Shown: piece after piece, positions 37,109 to 49,352 of the stretch | How the letters are laid out: each line of letters opens with the position of its first letter | How positions within the stretch are numbered: the stretch's first letter is position 1 | NCBI RefSeq assembly: GCF_000372725.1 | Contig: NW_005201240.1 | Location: 216,250-280,249, forward strand | Direction: 5' to 3' | Source of the DNA: Emiliania huxleyi CCMP1516 | Taxonomy: Eukaryota | DNA: 64,000 nt | Program-made: the position numbers and the translations under genes | The notes under the pieces: generated by a model | Told to the model about the DNA's origin: nothing | The model's input: the letters and a program-made list of their open reading frames with translations, nothing else | Database searches by the model: none

Positions 37109-38088
37109 GATGTGCCGGCGGCGGAGCTGTCGAGGGTGGCTTGGCCACGAAGAAAAGAATGTAGGTGGTTTTTAGCGGCTGCGTGCAGGTGGGGAGCCCT
37201 GCCCCGCAGCGCGGCCGCTCGCCAAGCCCCGTCGATGAGTGGTCAGATGGTTAGTGCCCGAGAGCGAGGGGTCCGGGGGGGAGCACAAACATACATGTAG
37301 GACGCCCAGCCTTGCCCTCGTGCCGCCGAGTGCATATCCTATGCGAGAGAGATCCCCTGTGCCCTGTGCCCAGCCCTCTCCGCGCGGCGATGCGCCCTCC
37401 CCCCTCGCTTTTGCAAAATCCTGCAAAGGTGGGGACGTGTCTGTCCTCGACCCAGCCCTAGCTTGGGATGCCCGTTGTATTTATTTATTTATTTATTGCA
37501 GGTGGGGACCCTGTCCTTCTCCCACCCCTTGTTTGGTGTGTCCGCTTTATTATTTATGCGGAAGCAGATGCCCGAGCTCGCGCGCATCTTCAAGCCTCCG
37601 ACGCCGCAGCAGCTGACGCCGCCGCCGGACCCCGCGGCCGTGCTGAGCGGGCTGGCGGCGCTAGCCACCGACCAGAAGAAGCAGCGCGATAGGGTGCCCA
37701 CAGGACCCAAAAAAAGAAAGTAAAAAAGAAATGGGCCACTCCCGATCGCAGCACTTCGTGTTGGAGAGTCGAGATATTGAGAGTATGACTAGGGTGGGAC
37801 GCTGGGGATTCTCAAAGGTATACCCTTGGAATGGCCGGATCCAGCCTTAATTTTACGAGATCGCGCGCGCTTCGCGCACAGCACCGCCTGTTCTCCGCGG
37901 CTGAGTGACGACGCGTGCCGTGTACCAGCAGAATTGGGCGCGCGGCGCGACGGCGCCCGCGAGGGAAGGCGCGGGTGCAGCGGCCGCCGGAGGCCGTGCC
38001 GCCCGCCAGCCGGCGCAGCAGCGGCCAGCGCAGCGGCCGCCGGCGCAGCAGCCAGAGCAGCCGGTAAGAAATTTGCTGAAATCTCTTC

Positions 38089-38890
38089 GCACTTGGAGCA
38101 CTTGGAGTGCAGTTATCAACCTCACATCCAGGGCCGGGGAGCTCAGAAGCGCACCCAGCGGGCCGGATGATCGGTGTCGGGTTGCGGGCAAGAGAGCCCT
38201 AGCCCCGGGGGTGCGCGTTCGCAGGGAAAGGGCCTTAAAATAAACACGGGTCTCCGAGGGTTGGCCCCGCGTACCAGGTTTCCCCTTAACTGCAGGACGC
38301 CCCCTCTACTCGGAGCTAATGAACACCACACTGCACGCCTCACACGTCACACCCCCACTCCACACTCACTCGCGCAGGCACTTGAATAGACCCCCCGCAT
38401 GAGGGCTCACCCCCCGTCCTCCCAGGGTCCCGACCCCCTTTGATTCGTCCTCCTGCTCGTCTCACGAGCGTCATGCGACGGCCGGTGTGGCCGTTTCCCT
38501 CGCTGTTGGTGTCGCTTCCTCCGCTGCCGCCCTTCATCTCCGCCAGCTTCTCCCGGCTCCACCGCTTTCGAGGGCGTCGACGGCCCGGCCGAGATATATC
38601 GCACTTGGAGCACTTGGAGTGCGGTCAGTAACCTCACGCCCAGGACCGGGGAGCTGAGAAGCGCACCCAGTTGGCCGGACGCTCGGCATCGGGTTACGGG
38701 CTAGAGAGCCCTAGCCCCGGGGGTGCGCGGTCGCAGGGCCATAACACGTCTCCGAGGGATGGTTCCGTGTACCGGGTTACCCCTTAACTGCAGAACGCAC
38801 CCCCTTCCTCGACCGTGGGGGGGTGCGCGGTCGCAGGGCCATAACACGGGTCTCCGAGGGCGTACGGCAGCGCTCCGGGTTCCCCTCAGC
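38089..38890 (-). mobile_element. Two family-B copies (38089-~38310 and 38601-~38890, the latter with an internal duplication)
   Basis: Same GCACTTGGAGCACTTGGAGTGC end and ~220-bp body as the copy at 15333. Confidence 0.8.
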
Positions 38891-39427
38891 GGCGGAATTT
38901 TCTTCGCTTTTGAATTGATTGAATTGAATGAGTGGGCTGTCTGTTTACAGGCGCCGTCCGCCCGCGCGCGCGCCGACCCAGCTCCGAGCACGCTCGCTCG
39001 CCGCTGGGCGGCGCGCGTCCACACTGCGTCGGCAAAACGCGACGCAGGAGCTCGCTCGCTGCTGCTGCGGCGGCGGCAGCGACGGCGACTGCCGGCTGCC
39101 GGCTCCCGGCCGCCGGCACCCGGCTGCCGGCGGCCGGCTGCTGCCGGCTGACGGCTGACGGCTGCGGCGAACGGCGACGGCTCGGTTCGCGTTCGCTCCG
39201 CGAGGGTGCGACTGAGCCTGCCGCGCTCGATCTGGGAGCCACTCGGCGCCAGGTCGAACGGCGGTCGGCTAGGCCACTGCGGGGCGACGCATGATAGAGC
39301 ATGCTGGGCGCCGCATCATCTACTACCGCTCCACGCCAAGGCGCGGGGCGGCAGTGCTCGTCGGCGCTCGCGGCGCTTCGGTGCTCGGGCGCGCTCACCA
39401 TGTGGTCGTTCAGGGCGGCTTGCACAG

Positions 39428-40180
39428 GGCTCGTTGTGCGAGTATATGGGACACGATGTCTCAAATATGAGAGGTTTTGACTCCTACCGGCTCTTGACGC
39501 TATCCCTGGCAGCTCTAATGACCAGGATCAGTAGTGCTATGATAGAGGGTGCCCATACTAGCGCAGGAGCTGCCACACTCGCCCGGACCGGCTCCCTCTG
39601 GGGCCGGTTCCGCAGCCCGCGAGAGCCGACAGCGGGGCCGTGCCGCGGGTGCCTACTGCTGAGTGCCACAAACACTGCGCCGTCCCGCCATCACCTACAG
39701 GCTGTCTTGTGTGATGGTTGGGATGTCCAAACGCCACCATCTTGGCTCTTGCGACCTCAAACCCGCGAGCTGTATGGGTGGTCCTGACGTCGACAGACGC
39801 CCGATGACCACGGTGAAGCTGAGCCGGAACGAGTCGACAAGTCTCGTCTGAGCCCGTGGCGGTCGCCGGCTGAGTCGCTGTGCACGGGCCGGTACCTCAG
39901 GCGTCACCTCCGCAGCCTCAGGTCTCACACTCCATCACCGCCGCCGGGACGCCGTCGGTGGCACGCTCGGCGGCGTACTTTCTGCAGCTCCATCTCGAGC
40001 ACGGCGTCGAGCCTACTCACTCCTGTTGGATACACGCACTCCCTGGGACCCAGGGAGTGCGTGTATCCAGCAAGCGGTGCGTCCCGGCAGCGCGCGCAGG
40101 CTGCGGAGCTGCAACAAACTCGAGACACGCTTTTTGGGACATTTTCGACGCTTTTGTCCCATATACTCGCACAACATGCC
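39428..40180. mobile_element. Non-autonomous TIR element (~750 bp)
   Basis: Perfect 21-bp inverted repeat GTTGTGCGAGTATATGGGACA (39433-39453 / 40155-40175), extendable to GGC ends. ACAG lies on both flanks. Confidence 0.7.
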
Positions 40181-40187
40181 ACAGCGC

Positions 40188-40320
<133 letters not shown>

Positions 40321-41489
40321 CAGACACACAGCCCCTTCCCCTTCCCTCTCAAGACCGCAAGGGCGAGGACACGCGTAGGCCGCACCATTAGCGAAGCCCA
40401 CAGAGTGGGAGACTCCTATCAATCACCGCCTCTGCCACCCACGGCGTGAGCCTTGGCCGCCTCTGTCAGTGTGCCCGTGATAGTGAGAGACTGCCAGTGA
40501 GAAGCCGGAGGAAGGTCGCTAGTCGAGAGAGATCGCCAGTGGAATAGGGAGTCCACCGTGCTGCGAACCTGTCGCTGTCCCTTTTGTCAATAGAGCGATT
40601 CTAAGATCAGGGTTGCCACTGGGCGAACATCGGCCGTCCCTCAGTGCTTCCAGCCTAGCCGTGCCACTGCCGCCAGAGGCCGCTGCTCGGCTGCAGGACG
40701 CGTCGCTAGCTACCGCAGCAAACGCTGCACAGAGAGCGACCTCGACTGTCGCGTGCCTCGAGGAGCTCGATCGGCAGTCCGCTGGGCCCGTGCCACACAG
40801 CTGCTCCTTCGTCGATGCCAGCAGCGGCGATGACGCCGATGCGGTTTGCTGCCACGGTGGCTGCTGCACAGTTGCTCGACCAGGCGCCTTGCTCTGCGAG
40901 AGTCACGCTGAGGAGGCCTTTGCTGATATGGACGACGATTGGCGCGATGCGGCTAGGAGACGTGGCGTCACTGTCATCGGGGCGGAGCTCGCGAATCGGT
41001 CGGCGACGCCTCCGGTTCGAGCGCTAGTATGCCGTGTTAATCACTGACACTGTGGGGGCGTGATTTCTTGTTGGTTTTCAAAAATCTCTCTCTAAATACA
41101 GCTTGGCCTCTCGGAGCCCAGGGATTCTCGAGATTCGTCAAGATTTCTCGAGATTTATCCCCTGAGGCTGGAGGAGGACGCCCCTGCAGGTTGGGGCTCG
41201 CCGTGACGCGTGACCGCGATCGATCGCCTCGCTCGGCTTCGCCGCGCTCGCGCGTCGCCGACGACGCGAGCCAGCCGCCGGCGCCTATCTCTGCCGCCGA
41301 GGCGCGTGCCGTGGCCCTCTTCTCCTCATCCCTTTCCTTTCAGGTCTCTAAAATGGACACCTTCTTGTTGGCTGGTACACTGTAAAAGAAAACGAAGCTG
41401 CGACGGGAATCGGCTGCCCATCGACCCAATTCAGGGAATCTGCGCCGCTCAGAGAGAGTGGGAATCGCAGAGCGGATCGTCCAAAGCAA

Positions 41490-43061
41490 ATGGCGGCCGC
41501 CCTGATCCTCTCGCTCCTGAGCCGCCCTGCCCTCCTCGCGGGGCCGGCCAAGCTGGCCGCGTCGCCGTCGGCGTCGCCGGCGACGATCAAGCGGGCCGCG
41601 GCGCCAGCCATGCAGGTCACCATCAATCTCGCCCCCCTCACCGCCTTTACCATCGCATCCTCCCTCACCTCCGCCTTCACCGCCTCCTCTCTCTCCTTCA
41701 CCCCCCTCTTTACCACCCTATCTGCCTGGAGGCGCTCCGCTCCAACTCCACCACCATCCTTCCCACCCTCACCACCTTCCCCACCCCCTACCACCCTCAC
41801 TGACCCCCGCCGTCGCACTCACCCTCACCACCTCCACCATCGTAACCACCCTCAACCACCCTCACCTCCACGACCACTCCCACCGTCGCATTCACCCTCA
41901 CCCCGCCGCCTCCGCCGCCAAAGAATCGACCCTGCCCCCGCCGCCAAAGAATCCACCCTCCCCTCCACCACCTCCACAACCTCCCCCACCGTCGCACTCA
42001 CCCTCACCACCTCCACCATCGTAACCCCCTCAACCACCCTCACCTCCACGATATTCCCACCGTCGCATTCACCCTCACCCCGCCTCCGCCGCCAAAGAAT
42101 CGACCCTGCCCCCGCCGCCAAAGAATCCACCCTCCCCTCCACCACCTCCACAACCTCCCCCACCGTCGCACTCACCCTCACCGCCTCCACCATCGCACCC
42201 ACCTTCACCTCCATCGTCCCCGCCTCCCCTGTCTCCATCACCTCCATCTTCACCCCCCTACCCGCCATGCAGGTCATGCAGGCGGGGCCGATGACGCCCG
42301 CAAGGGCGATGGTCTACGAGAGCCAGCAGCGGGCATACTGGAACCCGATGACAAGCGAGGCTGAGCTCTACGGTGGCTTCGGCGGGTACGGGCCCTGGCG
42401 CGGCGGGTACGGATACGGCGGAGGCGGGTACGGATACGGTCATGCTCATTCCTTCCGACCCCCCCCGCCGTTTGCACTCGGCCGCACCGCTCACCGCCCG
42501 CCGCTGAACTTCAGGCGGCTGGGGCTACGGCGGCGGGTACCCGTACGGCGGATGGGGCGGGTATGGCATGTACGGGATGGGCGGATACGGCGGTGCGCTT
42601 CAGTCCCCGCCCGCCCGCCGATTGCCGCCGCAATCGCCTCACGCGCCGCCGCCCTGTCCGCAGGCTACATGGGCTACCGCCGCGGGTCGGGGTACATGCC
42701 GTACGGCGGGTGGGGGTATGGCGGCGGGTACGGCGGGTACGGCGGTGCGCGCACACAGGCCCCGCTCGCCCTCCACAGACCGCTCTCACGCCCGGTGCTG
42801 CTGCCCCGCAGGATACGGAGGAGGGTGGGGCTATGGCGGGTGAGGCGGCGTTGGCGAGGAGGTGCCCGCGCGACGGGGCTTTGAGCGTGTGCGTCGCTTC
42901 GCTCTAGGTACGGCCGCGGCATGATGGGCCGGCAGAACGCGTATTGGCGCGGCATGGGCGGCTACGGCGGCTACGGCGGCTACGGCGGCTACGGCGGCTA
43001 CGGCGGCTACGGCGGCTACGGCGGCTACGGCGGCTACGGCGGCTGGGGCTACGGCTGGTGA
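41490..43061 (+). CDS. Gly/Tyr-rich low-complexity protein with N-terminal targeting peptide (about 6 exons)
   Basis: MAAALILSLLSRPALLA...AMQ|VMQAGP...YGGFGGYGPWRGGYGYGG, then short exons of GGYG/GGWGYG, ending (GGY)n GWGYGW* at 43059-43061. Confidence 0.75.
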
Positions 43062-43684
43062 GCCTTGCGCCGGTTTGCCTGGCCGAGTCGGGCGCTGCTG
43101 CCTCCGGCGCTGGTGCGGGCGGTGGCTGTGCGTGCGGACGCCGGGCGAAATCCGTGGTTTGCTTCCTGTTGGATGCCGCGGCGATGGATGGCGAAGCTGC
43201 ACACTTTAGATGATGATCCCTGGCCTCACTCCCCGGGGGCGAACGGCCGCCCAAGGACCATGGGGTGAGGGGCAGGGAAGGTGCGTGTGGGTGAGGTGCG
43301 GCCGATCATCGGCCACGTTGCTGGCGCACAGACGCCAAACACGAAGTAGACTAGGAGAGAGAGACGCACAGTGCGCTGTGTCGTGTGAGCGGGTGCGAGG
43401 GAGCGGGGCGAGAGGGTAGGCGCCGAGTCTAAGTGTAGTGTACATCAGTCATCGCTTTTGCAACCAGAGATGCAGTGTAACTCAGTGGTGTGCTGACGCA
43501 CCCACATCACAGTACTGTTTGGTGCGAAAAATTCTCTCTCCAGTCACAAAGTCAAAGATGGAAAAAGACACTATAGTATTACTATAGACACACAACTGAA
43601 AACGATACGAAAAAAACAGGACGTTCCTCGAACCTGTGCCGGGCACGCAAGAGCACAGGCGGGAGGCCGCGCGCAGGAGGCGTC

Positions 43685-44083
43685 TCACCTGCCGTTGCAG
43701 CCCTTCCACGTCTGGCACATGTCCGTGTTCGAGTCCGAGAATGACTTGAGCCCCAGCCTCGCTAGGTCGTCTTGCGCCGAGGACGGCTTTCCTGCCGCGC
43801 CGCCGTTGCGCGCGGCCTCAGCTTTCTTGAATGCCTCGCTCTCTTCACCGGGCTTGTACTTGGCCTCTGACAGCTGGTATTGCTTGAACGAAGCGGTAGA
43901 CTCGGCGCTCGACCGCGGGATGAGCTTCGAGCGCTGAGCCTGTGCCGGTGCCGTTAGGCTAGCGGCGGCGAGCGCGGCGCCGCCGATGAAGGCTCGCCGG
44001 TCGAAGACTCGCCGGTCGAAAGGCTCGGTGGGCGGGGCGAAGGAAGCGGCAGAGGTGGCGAGAGCAGCGAGCATAGCGTGCAT
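43685..44083 (-). CDS. Small plastid thylakoid-lumen protein (bipartite leader plus twin-arginine signal)
   Basis: MLAALATSAAS-FAP (ASAFAP-like), then DRRAFIGGAALAAASLTAPAQA (RR, hydrophobic core, AQA cleavage site). Confidence 0.7.
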   Translation of the reverse strand: MHAMLAALATSAASFAPPTEPFDRRVFDRRAFIGGAALAAASLTAPAQAQRSKLIPRSSAESTASFKQYQLSEAKYKPGEESEAFKKAEAARNGGAAGKPSSAQDDLARLGLKSFSDSNTDMCQTWKGCNGR

Positions 44084-44388
44084 CGGCTCGGCTCGAGAGA
44101 TGTGACCAGGAAACTCCCTCGAAGTGAAGAAGAAAAAAGAAAATGCGGCAAACTCCACCCGAGCTCACGGCGTGCAGCAGTGCCTGCGAGGGAGGGCAGA
44201 AATTAGTGAGGGAGCCAGAGACAGCCAAGAGAGATGTTTTTGTGTGAGAGCCGTGAGTGCACGCAATCTGCACATGCACTGCACAGGAGACCCGACTTAC
44301 CTCGCGGATGTTTTCTTGTTCGCCTGCAAGTGCGGTGCAGAGCGCTTCTAACACCCCGACTCCGGCCTCGCCTCGTTGCCGACACCCG

Positions 44389-45010
44389 ATGCCTAGCTCG
44401 GGTGCCAATGTCGACGTGATGGCGCTCAACCTCACCGGGACAGCCAGCCTAGCCGAAGAGCTCGACAGTGCGCCTCCCGCCCGCCACCGCGCCAGCCGGC
44501 CGCCTGCTGCCGCCGCTGAGAGCGCCCGCCCCCCGTCGGCGCGCAGAGAAGCTGATGGTGGTGCTGCGGGACGGCCGCAAGATCATCGGCACGTTGCGCA
44601 CCTTTGACCAGTTCTCGAACGTCGTTCTGGAGCACGCGCTCGAGCGTGTCATCGTCGGCAAGCGGTTTGCAGATGTGCCGCTGGGGCTGTACGTCATCCG
44701 CGGCGAGAACGTCGTGCTGCTGGGGCAGATTGTGCGCGCGCCCGCCCCCTCAACACGCCGCGCGCGCGCAGCCAGCGCGAGCGCGTGCGCCACGACCGCC
44801 GACGCGTCAGCGCCTGCCACGCTCTTCCTAGACACGCTCCCTCGCCGGCCGCCGCAGGACGACGACAAGGAGCGCGAGACGACAGAGGGGCTGCTGGAGC
44901 GGGTGGGGGTGGACGAGATCCTTGAGCTCAAGCAGGAGCGCGAGGAGGACGACCGGCTCAGGGCGGGCGTCTCGCGCGCGTTGCGCAAGCCTACGGAATG
45001 GGATGACTAA
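44389..45010 (+). CDS. LSM1: Sm-like protein LSm1 (3 exons)
   Basis: [38 protein letters not shown]...ERVIVG...[17 protein letters not shown]. Confidence 0.93.
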
Positions 45011-45469
45011 ACCTTACTTAACCTTGGGGCGGGGGGTTGGATGGATGCGCCATCGGCTGATTGCCTTGTCGCGCGCCGCTTGGAGCGGTGGGCGCGCAAA
45101 GTATCGATGTACAGTGATCCACTTCACTCGCGATGGCGTATTTTGTGTGAGTCGCGGTGACGATAATGCATAATCAGCAAAATAACCAATATAGCAATAT
45201 CTCCAAAAAGCAAATAAACTGCGCGTCTCTCTGGACTCTGCTCGCGCGTCTCTCCGAACACCGAAGGTCCCCCCGCGCGGGCGGGAGGGGGCACACAGTT
45301 TTATCTTTGTGTGGTGAACTGGGACTCCCACAGCCCCGTATTTTGAGAGACATGATCTGACATCGATGCTTCAAATCAAGTGCCAGTGCGAGCCAGTCCC
45401 GTGCCCAGCGGTTGTGCGATGGAGCTTTGTTGTAAAATTCTCAAATCAAATCTTCACTACCGTCCCCGG

Positions 45470-46295
45470 CTACGTACACTCGGTGCACTCGTCGCATCCG
45501 TTCCATTTGCACTTTGCTGGCCAGCTGTATGTCTGGCCGGCGCAGAAGGGCTTGCACCGGGCCGGAGCGGCGGCAGAACACTCGCTGCACGCCCCGCAGC
45601 CGGGCCAGGCGCACCGCTCCTGCCAGGTGTCCGTCTTGCCGGCGCAAAACGGTCTGCACTGGACTGGCGGCTCCGAGGAGCAATCTGTGCATGCCCCACA
45701 ACCGTTCCACTGGCACTTTCCTCTCCAACTCTCCGGTCTGCGAGAGCAGAACGGTCTGCACTCGGTGACCGGCTGAGGAGACGTAGAGCACTCGGTGCAC
45801 TCGTCGCATCCGTTCCATTTGCACTTTGCTGGCCAGCTGTATGTCTGGCCGGCGCAGAAGGGCTTGCACCGGGCCGGAGCGGCGGCAGAACACTCGCTGC
45901 ACGCCCCGCAGCCGGGCCAGGCGCACCGCTCCTGCCAGGTGTCCGTCTTGCCGGCGCAAAACGGTCTGCACTGGACTGGCGGCGGTGGTGGCGAAGGGGG
46001 CGGCGGGAGCGAGGATGGTGGCGGCGAGGGCGGCGGCGACGGCGGGGGCGGCGAGGGCGGAGGCGGCGTCGATGGCGGCGGCGAGGGCGGAGGCATCGAC
46101 GGTGGTGGCGGCGAGGGTGGTGGCGGCGGGGGCGGCTGGGGCGAGGGTGGCGGCGGCGAGGGTGGCGGCGAGGACGGTGGTTGTGGAGGNNNNNNNNNNN
46201 NNNNNNNNNNNNNNNNNNNNNNNNNNNNNNNNNNNNNNNNNNNNNNNNNNNNNNNNNNNNNNNNNNNNNNNNNNNNNNNNNNNNNNNNNGCGGCA

Positions 46296-46337
<42 letters not shown>

Positions 46338-48152
46338 TGGGCGGCGGGCGAGGGCGACGGCGACGGCGGCCGCTGCGGGGGGGGTGGAGGCAACGAGAGT
46401 GGCGACTGCGGCGGCGGAGATTCGCGAGCCTCCTTGTGCCTCTGCAGCGTGGCTCGCATCTCTTGGACCACCATGCTGTAGGCAGGGTCTTTTGCGCGAT
46501 TGACGTCTTCCTCCGGGTCTATGCTACGATCATAAAGCATGTCGGAGTCCGAGTCGGACTTGCACGCATTGCGGCAACTGTTGGCGTCCCAGCAACGGTC
46601 AAGTCTACAGAAGGACGTGTACTGCTTGTCCTGGTACCGAACGGTGTCCATGTAGAGATATCGCGCGAAGATCGCGCTCTTTGACGAAGCTGTCTTGCCT
46701 TTCATCAGCGGAACCATTGACCTTCCCTGCACGTGAGCCGGCGAGGGTAGGCCGACTAGATCGAGGATAGTCGGGTAGAGGTCGATGTTCTCCACCAGTG
46801 CCGGTATGCGCGATGGGCCAAAGCCGGGCGCCTGTGGAGGAGAGCGATGCTCGTCAAGGAGCACAGGCGTACTTGAGAGGTGGAGGCCCTGTCGGGTCTA
46901 CTGCAGGGTGCACCTTGACGATCATGGGTACGTGTAGCGCCGTCTCGTACAGCGTGTGCTTGCACCAGGTACCTTTGTTTCCGAGATGGTAACCATGGTC
47001 GCTGGTGAGCGTGATGATCGTGTCGTCGTACATCGCCTGCGCCCTGAGCTCCCTTAAAAGGTCGCCGATGAGCGCATCGATGTACGAGGTGCAGGCGTAG
47101 TAGCCGTGGATGAGCTCTCTGGCAAGGTTGTCGGGGATAGCGAGTGCCCCTCCACTCGGGCCGCCGGTGCCTGCATCGTACTCCGGAATCTGCTGCCGAT
47201 TTCTGCTGCCATAGGTCCGGAGCTCAAAGTAGTTTACGGAGTGCGCTGGTGCCCCTTCGGGCAGAAACGGGTTGCGAGCTAGCGTAATCTGGGAGCGGTT
47301 GTACATGTCCCAGTAGCGCTTCGGAGCGGCAAACGGGAGATGCGGCCGATTGTACCCGGCGGCGATGAAGAAGGGCGTGCCCTCCTTCTTGGCGAGACGG
47401 ATGTCGCCGATCACCTTCTTGGTTAGCTTGCCGTCGGGCAGTGCGTAGTCGTCGACGTCTGGCGCCTCAACGGCTGGAGGCTTGCAGGCGGGGAGTCCGC
47501 GATGGCCACAGGTCGGGCCATTCCGAGCAAATGCAGAGAGACCCAGCAAGCCGTCGTCCTCCTCGGCATCGATGTACGCGTAGTAGCTGGCCTTCGCAGC
47601 TGACAGGTCGACGCTCTCTCGCGCGGCGAACTCGGCGAAGGTGTCCACTGTCGCCTCCTCGCCCTCTTCACTCGTGCGGCGGCCGACGGGCCTCACAAGA
47701 CGACAGCACATGCCCTTGTCATAGCTGCAGCGAGGGATGTCCGACCCAAAGCCGCAGACCTCGTGCCAGGACTGCTCATTGTCCAGCCGCTTGTGGTAGA
47801 TCTTGCCGCTTGAGAGAGTGATGTAGCCAGCATTCTGGAGTGCCGTTGGCAGGTCAGTGACACCGGGTGCCTCGCGCTCAGCCCAGGTGTCGAATTGCAT
47901 GAAGCGGTCTGTGGTGGCGTAGAGGCTCGTCATCAGGCTTGCGCGTGATGCGCCGCAGGTCGGAGCTTGGGCGTAGGCTGTCTCGAAGAGACTACTTTCT
48001 GCTGCAAACCGGTCGATAGATGGCGTACGGGCTGATGCAAAGCCGGCCTGCCGTCCGTACGAGCCAAACAGCGGAGCTTGGTCGTCTAGCACAAGGAACA
48101 GGACGTTCCTGAGACGTGGCGCCGGCTCGGCGGCGCTGACAACTGGCGACTG
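45470..48152 (-). CDS. Iduronate-2-sulfatase/choline-sulfatase-like sulfatase with Pro-rich linker and five C-terminal Cys-rich repeats; 5' end unresolved
   Basis: NVLFLVLDD, TPSIDRFA, TCGASRASLMT, GKIYH, PFFIAAGYNRPHLPF, GYYACTSYIDALIG, TSDHGYHLG, KHTLYE and VENIDLYPT. Spans a 100-N gap at 46190-46289. Confidence 0.9.
46190..46289. other. Assembly gap (100 N)
   Basis: Run of N inside a poly-Pro coding tract. Confidence 1.
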
Positions 48153-48334
48153 CGGGGGCATATGTGTACGCCCGCCCGCAGTCGCCAGCTGCCTGCCGGC
48201 GTTGACGCCTGGGCAGCGGTGTTGCGGGAGGTGGCGGAGGGACGTGCCCGGGCGAAAATTGGCCAAATGCTGCCAAATGGGGAATCCGATTCGCTTGCGG
48301 CGTGAGTGTCGGCCGCCGTGTCGTACGTACTTTT

Positions 48335-48380
48335 GAGCACTTGAGCACTTGATAGGGTCGATTCCGCATGGTACGGGACC
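48335..48380 (-). mobile_element. 46-bp insertion element with 10-bp TSD (second copy at 58155-58200 with 4-bp TSD)
   Basis: GAGCACTTGAGCACTTGATAGGGTCGATTCCGCATGGTACGGGACC lies between two ACGTACTTTT (48325-48334 and 48381-48390). Confidence 0.8.
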
Positions 48381-49352
48381 ACGTACTTTTAGCTTAAGAG
48401 GTTGTGTTCTCTAGGCCCCTAAGTAAGTAAGGAAGGGCCCTACCTACGCGCGGCGTGAGTGAGAGCTCGGAAGCGAGCTTTGCACGGCGATCGAGGATGG
48501 CGCGGTTCCAGCCCCTTCCTTCACCGAAGCGATGGAGATGCGTTGCGCGTGGTGTGACACAAACGAGAGGCGGGAGTGGGGAGGGTAGGCGGTGCGGTCA
48601 ACGCCCGAGCGCTGAGCCTTCCTTGCGTGCGAGACGGTTGATCTTTGCAACTGGTCTGCAGGCGGCGAGCTAGGCGGCGAGAAGCCGCCCACCCGAATGT
48701 CTCGTGGATGGAGAAAGAGGTTGAACTGTGTTTCGTTTGGTGTGATGATGCCATCATGGTAGTGGCCACGCTGTGACTTGACGTAGCCTTAATTAGGCCG
48801 GTGGTGTGGTCGAATGCCCGTTGACGCCCACGGAGCCCGCGACCGTTGCTTGCAGCCCATGTTTGCGAGGCGGGCGCGTTCGTCGGTGTTGCCAAAGGCG
48901 AACTTGTCTCCAACGGAGCCAGCGGCAGCGCCTCCGGTCGGTGTCGGTAAGTGTCGGCGCGGCCGACCCCGACGGGCAAGCCACACTCCGGGGAGGGTCT
49001 AAAGTTTGATCTCGCGGTGATTTTGTCTTTGCCCCCCGGGCCTCGCCTGGCTCACAGGACACAGCCAGGTCGGTGTATGTAGCTCTTACGAACATTCCCG
49101 AGGGAGGACTGCTGACGGGGGTTGCGATGAGCTTTTGTGAATCCGAGCACTCTCTCCTTCATTGTTTTCAAATACGTGCGTGCTCTTGCGCAGGTGGCAG
49201 GCGGTGAACAGGCGGTGAAGTGGTGCACGCTAACCCGAGGAAACCAATCGGACGGAAACACTCCTCATCGCAAACCCTGCCAGCACTCCAAAGAGCTAAT
49301 CTAAAAAAGTTTGCATTGACTTCTGAATTCTTTTCTCAGCGCTCCGAGGGAG

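Noticed and set aside
40613..41047. 144-aa ORF with a Cys/His cluster
   Set aside because: Non-ATG start, flanked by repeats and no recognisable family; too weak to call.
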